DNA of 64,000 nucleotides from Betaproteobacteria bacterium (GTDB lineage Bacteria; Pseudomonadota; Gammaproteobacteria; Burkholderiales; SG8-41): contig JACPTK010000025.1 of assembly GCA_016192825.1 (NCBI GenBank), positions 3,912 to 67,911 on the forward strand, written 5' to 3'. Positions 61,521-64,000 of this stretch are shown piece after piece. The first letter of the stretch is position 1. The number at the start of each line of letters is the position of its first letter. The notes below the pieces were generated by a model. The model searched no databases. It worked only from the letters and a program-made list of their open reading frames with translations, and had not been told where the DNA came from. Position numbers and translations under genes: made by a program.

Positions 61521-62675
61521 ATGGCGGGCAAGCGCATCATTGTCGGCATGTCGGGCGGGGTGGACTCGTCCGTCGCGGCGCTGCTGCTCAAGCAGCAGGG
61601 CTACGAGGTCTCCGGCCTGTTCATGAAGAACTGGGAGGACGACGATACCGAAGAATATTGCTCCTCGCGCACGGACCTGGTGGACGCGGTGGCGGTCGCC
61701 GAGCGGATCGGCATGGAAATTGACGTCGTCAATTTCTCGAAAGAATACAAGGAAAAGGTGTTCGGTGATTTCTTGCGCGAGTACCAGGCCGGCCGCACGC
61801 CCAACCCCGACGTGCTGTGCAACGCCGAAATCAAGTTCCGGGCTTTTCTCGACCACGCTCTCGGCCTCGGCGCCGACGCCATCGCGACCGGGCACTACGC
61901 CCAGGTGCGCGAGAGGGACGGGCTGTTCCAGCTGCTGATGGCGGAGGACGGCACCAAGGACCAGAGCTACTTCCTCTACCGCCTGAACCAGTCGCAGCTC
62001 GCGCGCACGCTGTTTCCGCTCGGCACGCTCTACAAGCGCGACGTGCGCGAGATCGCCCGGCGCGAAGGGCTGCCCAACCACGACAAGAAGGACTCGACCG
62101 GGATCTGCTTCATCGGCGAGCGCCCGTTCCGCGAGTTCCTGGGCCGTTACCTGCCGGACAATCCGGGGGAAATCCGCACCCTCGAGGGCGGGCTGCTCGG
62201 GCGCCACCGCGGGCTGTCGTTCTACACCCTCGGCCAGCGCCAGGGGCTCGGCATCGGCGGCAGCCGCGAGGGGGAAGGCGAGCCGTGGTACGTCGCCGCC
62301 AAGGACGTGCGCCGCAACCGCCTGGTCGTCGTCCAGGGCCACGACCATCCCGCGCTGCTGTCGGACCGCCTCACGGCGCTCAACCTCAACTGGATCAGTG
62401 GCACGCCTCCCCGCTGTCATTGGGTGTACGGCGCCAAGACGCGCTACCGGCAGAAGGATGCGCCGTGCACGCTCCTCGCCGCCAGCGACGAGCGCTGCGT
62501 GATCGAGTTCGCCGAGCCGCAGTGGGCGGTGACGCCCGGCCAGTCGGCGGTGATCTACGAGAGCCTGGTCTGCCTGGGCGGGGGCATCATCGAGTCCGGC
62601 GAGCGGGTGCGCGATGCGGAATCGCCGCAGGAGGAATGCCCGCCAGGAACGGTAGATACAAAGGATGAGGGATGA
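61521..62675 (+). CDS. mnmA: tRNA 2-thiouridine(34) synthase
   Basis: '[34 protein letters not shown]', 'CNAEIKF' and 'ATGHYA'. Confidence 0.93.
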   Translation: MAGKRIIVGMSGGVDSSVAALLLKQQGYEVSGLFMKNWEDDDTEEYCSSRTDLVDAVAVAERIGMEIDVVNFSKEYKEKVFGDFLREYQAGRTPNPDVLCNAEIKFRAFLDHALGLGADAIATGHYAQVRERDGLFQLLMAEDGTKDQSYFLYRLNQSQLARTLFPLGTLYKRDVREIARREGLPNHDKKDSTGICFIGERPFREFLGRYLPDNPGEIRTLEGGLLGRHRGLSFYTLGQRQGLGIGGSREGEGEPWYVAAKDVRRNRLVVVQGHDHPALLSDRLTALNLNWISGTPPRCHWVYGAKTRYRQKDAPCTLLAASDERCVIEFAEPQWAVTPGQSAVIYESLVCLGGGIIESGERVRDAESPQEECPPGTVDTKDEG

Positions 62676-62697
62676 GGGATGAGGGATGAGGGATGAA
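62663..62697. repeat. Heptamer tandem repeat (GGATGAG x5), reverse complement of the 51091 array unit
   Basis: Read directly. It overlaps the last codons and the stop of mnmA. Confidence 0.85.
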
Positions 62698-62726
62698 GGG
62701 GGAGGGAGGAAGGAAAACCAGTGGAC

Positions 62727-62764
62727 CTAGGAGTTTGTCGGATCTCAGTCCGACAAACTCCTAG
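62727..62764. repeat. REP-like hairpin (CTAGGAGTTTGTCGGA...TCCGACAAACTCCTAG)
   Basis: It has 16-bp perfect arms and the 6-nt loop TCTCAG. Confidence 0.8.
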
Positions 62765-62919
62765 ACCCCTCAAGTCGGGAGATCGGGAGGTCGTGAGATG
62801 GAGGTTTTCTCCCTCTCCCGCTCTCGCGCCCTCCCGCCCTCACGGCCCCTGCCTTCCGCCTTGACGCGCGCCGATCGCGAGGGTTAGGCTCCGTGCGTTA
62901 ACTCTGTCAAGGATCCGGC

Positions 62920-63690
62920 ATGGGCGCCACCGACCAGTTCATCCTCTTCCTCCAGCCCGGGTGAAGCAGCTGTCTCCGGGCGAAAGAGTTTCTTTCGAAA
63001 AAGAAGATCGACCACGTCGTGATCGACGTGCTCAACGACGCGGGCGGGCGCGAGAAGCTGCTCGCGCTCGGCGTGCGCAACGTGCCGGTGGTCGCGAAGG
63101 GCGAAAACTACGTCTTCGGCCAGAACCTGGAGGACGTCGCCGAATTCGTCGGGCTGCAAGGCACGGGGCACGCGCCGCTGCCGCCGGACCAGCTCATCAA
63201 GAAATGGGTGCTCGTGCTGCGCGCGCTGCAGCGGTACGTGCGCCAGATGCCGACCGAGCGCATCAACGAGAACGTCATCGAGAACCGACAGCGCTCGATC
63301 CGGCTGCTCGCGCATCACGCGTTCCGCATCGCCGAGGCGTACCTCGAGTCCGTGATCGACGGCAAGGAATACGCGGTCCAGCACGCCAACGTGCCGCCGA
63401 AAGACGGCACTCATTTGACCGGCGCGGAGATCGCCGACTATGGCGAGGGCGTAATCGGGCGTCTCCAGAATTGGTGGGATCAGGTCGCGGACAAGTCGCT
63501 TTCAGTCAAGATCAAGACCTATTACGGCATGCAGCCGATGGCCATGGTCTTCGAGCGGTCCACCTGGCATTCGGCGCAGCACGCGCGGCAGTTGATCCAC
63601 GTGCTGGAGCGCTTCGGCATCGAGCCCGACGGCCGCCTCACGGCCGACGATCTCGCAGGATTGCCGCTCCCCGAGCGGCTGTTCGAATAG
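62920..63690 (+). CDS. Glutaredoxin-fold / DinB-domain fusion protein with in-frame TGA read as selenocysteine (UxxC)
   Basis: The ATG at 62920 has an AGGA RBS and is in frame with the tracked ORF at 63019. The N-terminus reads 'MGATDQFILFLQPG-U-SSCLRAKEFLSKKKIDHVVIDV...VRNVPVVAKGENYVFG', a complete Grx/NrdH-type fold with U at the first redox position (TGA at 62962-62964). The C-terminal part has DinB-like His residues ('LLAHHAFRIAE', 'WHSAQHARQL'). Confidence 0.75.
62981..62997 (+). promoter_or_regulatory. Candidate SECIS hairpin for the Grx/DinB gene
   Basis: The mRNA reads UGA AGCAGCUGUCUCCGGG CGAAAGA GUU UCUUUCG. It has a 7-bp perfect stem and a GU-containing loop 24 nt after the UGA. 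Confidence 0.55.
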
Positions 63691-63786
63691 ACGTTAAAGC
63701 CGGACGCTACGCGCCGGTTTAACTCCGCCCGTTCGAACGGACGAATAGATCGCCGTTCAACGCGCGGACTTACATGGCAAACGGCA

Positions 63787-64000
63787 TGTCAAAGGGGTCA
63801 ACATGTCAAAGGGGTCAATGTCAAAGGGGTCAATAAATGTCAAAGGGGTCAACGCTTTACCTTATAGCGGCATGGCAAAGGGGTCAACGCTTTACCTTAC
63901 GGCATGGCAAAGGGGTCAACGCTTTACCTTATAGGGTGGGTGTATTAGCATGGCAAAGGGGTCAACGCTTTACCTTATAGGGTGGGTGTATTAGCATTCC
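63787..64000. repeat. Dense tandem array of CAAAGGGGTCAA-containing units (iteron-like), running off the window
   Basis: The 12-mer has 7 copies, at 63790, 63807, 63822, 63841, 63876, 63908 and 63954. The last two lie within a 47-bp unit (GCATGGCAAAGGGGTCAACGCTTTACCTTATAGGGTGGGTGTATTA) repeated head to tail. Confidence 0.85.

Noticed and set aside
63787-64000. The terminal repeat array, considered as a CRISPR array.
   Set aside because: The units are contiguous or separated by only 3-20 nt and have variable length. There are no unique spacers of 25-40 nt.

Overview
High-GC (about 65% by eye) proteobacterial chromosomal segment. Bug/TctC remnants and FccAB suggest a sulfur-oxidising betaproteobacterium, which is an inference only.

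Housekeeping genes sit at both ends: ribBA, folE, dxs, ispA and xseB on the left; clpS, clpA, a csp gene, malate synthase A, a NUDIX gene and mnmA on the right. The centre is accessory DNA rich in redox, selenium, arsenic and sulfur functions.

The main result is five genes interrupted by in-frame TGA codons that sit exactly at redox-active Cys positions. Each TGA is followed 19-24 nt downstream by a small hairpin resembling a SECIS element (the RNA signal that recodes UGA as selenocysteine). The five genes are:
- two AhpD/CMD-like CxxU proteins
- a GrdB/PrdB-family protein lying between them in one operon
- a deiodinase-like protein with the motif GSYT-U-PPF
- a glutaredoxin-fold/DinB fusion with a UxxC motif

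An ordinary gene caller would split or truncate all five. The window also encodes an NDH-like flavoprotein::SelD fusion and a Cys-containing paralogue of the AhpD-like protein.

Other notable content:
- two tandem secreted proteins built from NPCAAK hexapeptide repeats, one of them wrapped around a c-type haem domain
- a complete arsenosugar-type cluster: ArsS, PiT, ArsM, a DedA::flavoprotein fusion, TIGR04283 x2, DUF547 and TIGR04282
- a low-GC insertion bounded by a diverged duplicate of the 5' end of a sulfurtransferase gene
- several gene remnants (merA, TetR, Bug, AraC, CMD, redoxin)
- a REP-like hairpin family, heptamer tandem repeats, and a tandem array at the right edge of the window

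No rRNA genes, CRISPR arrays, transposases or integrases were seen.
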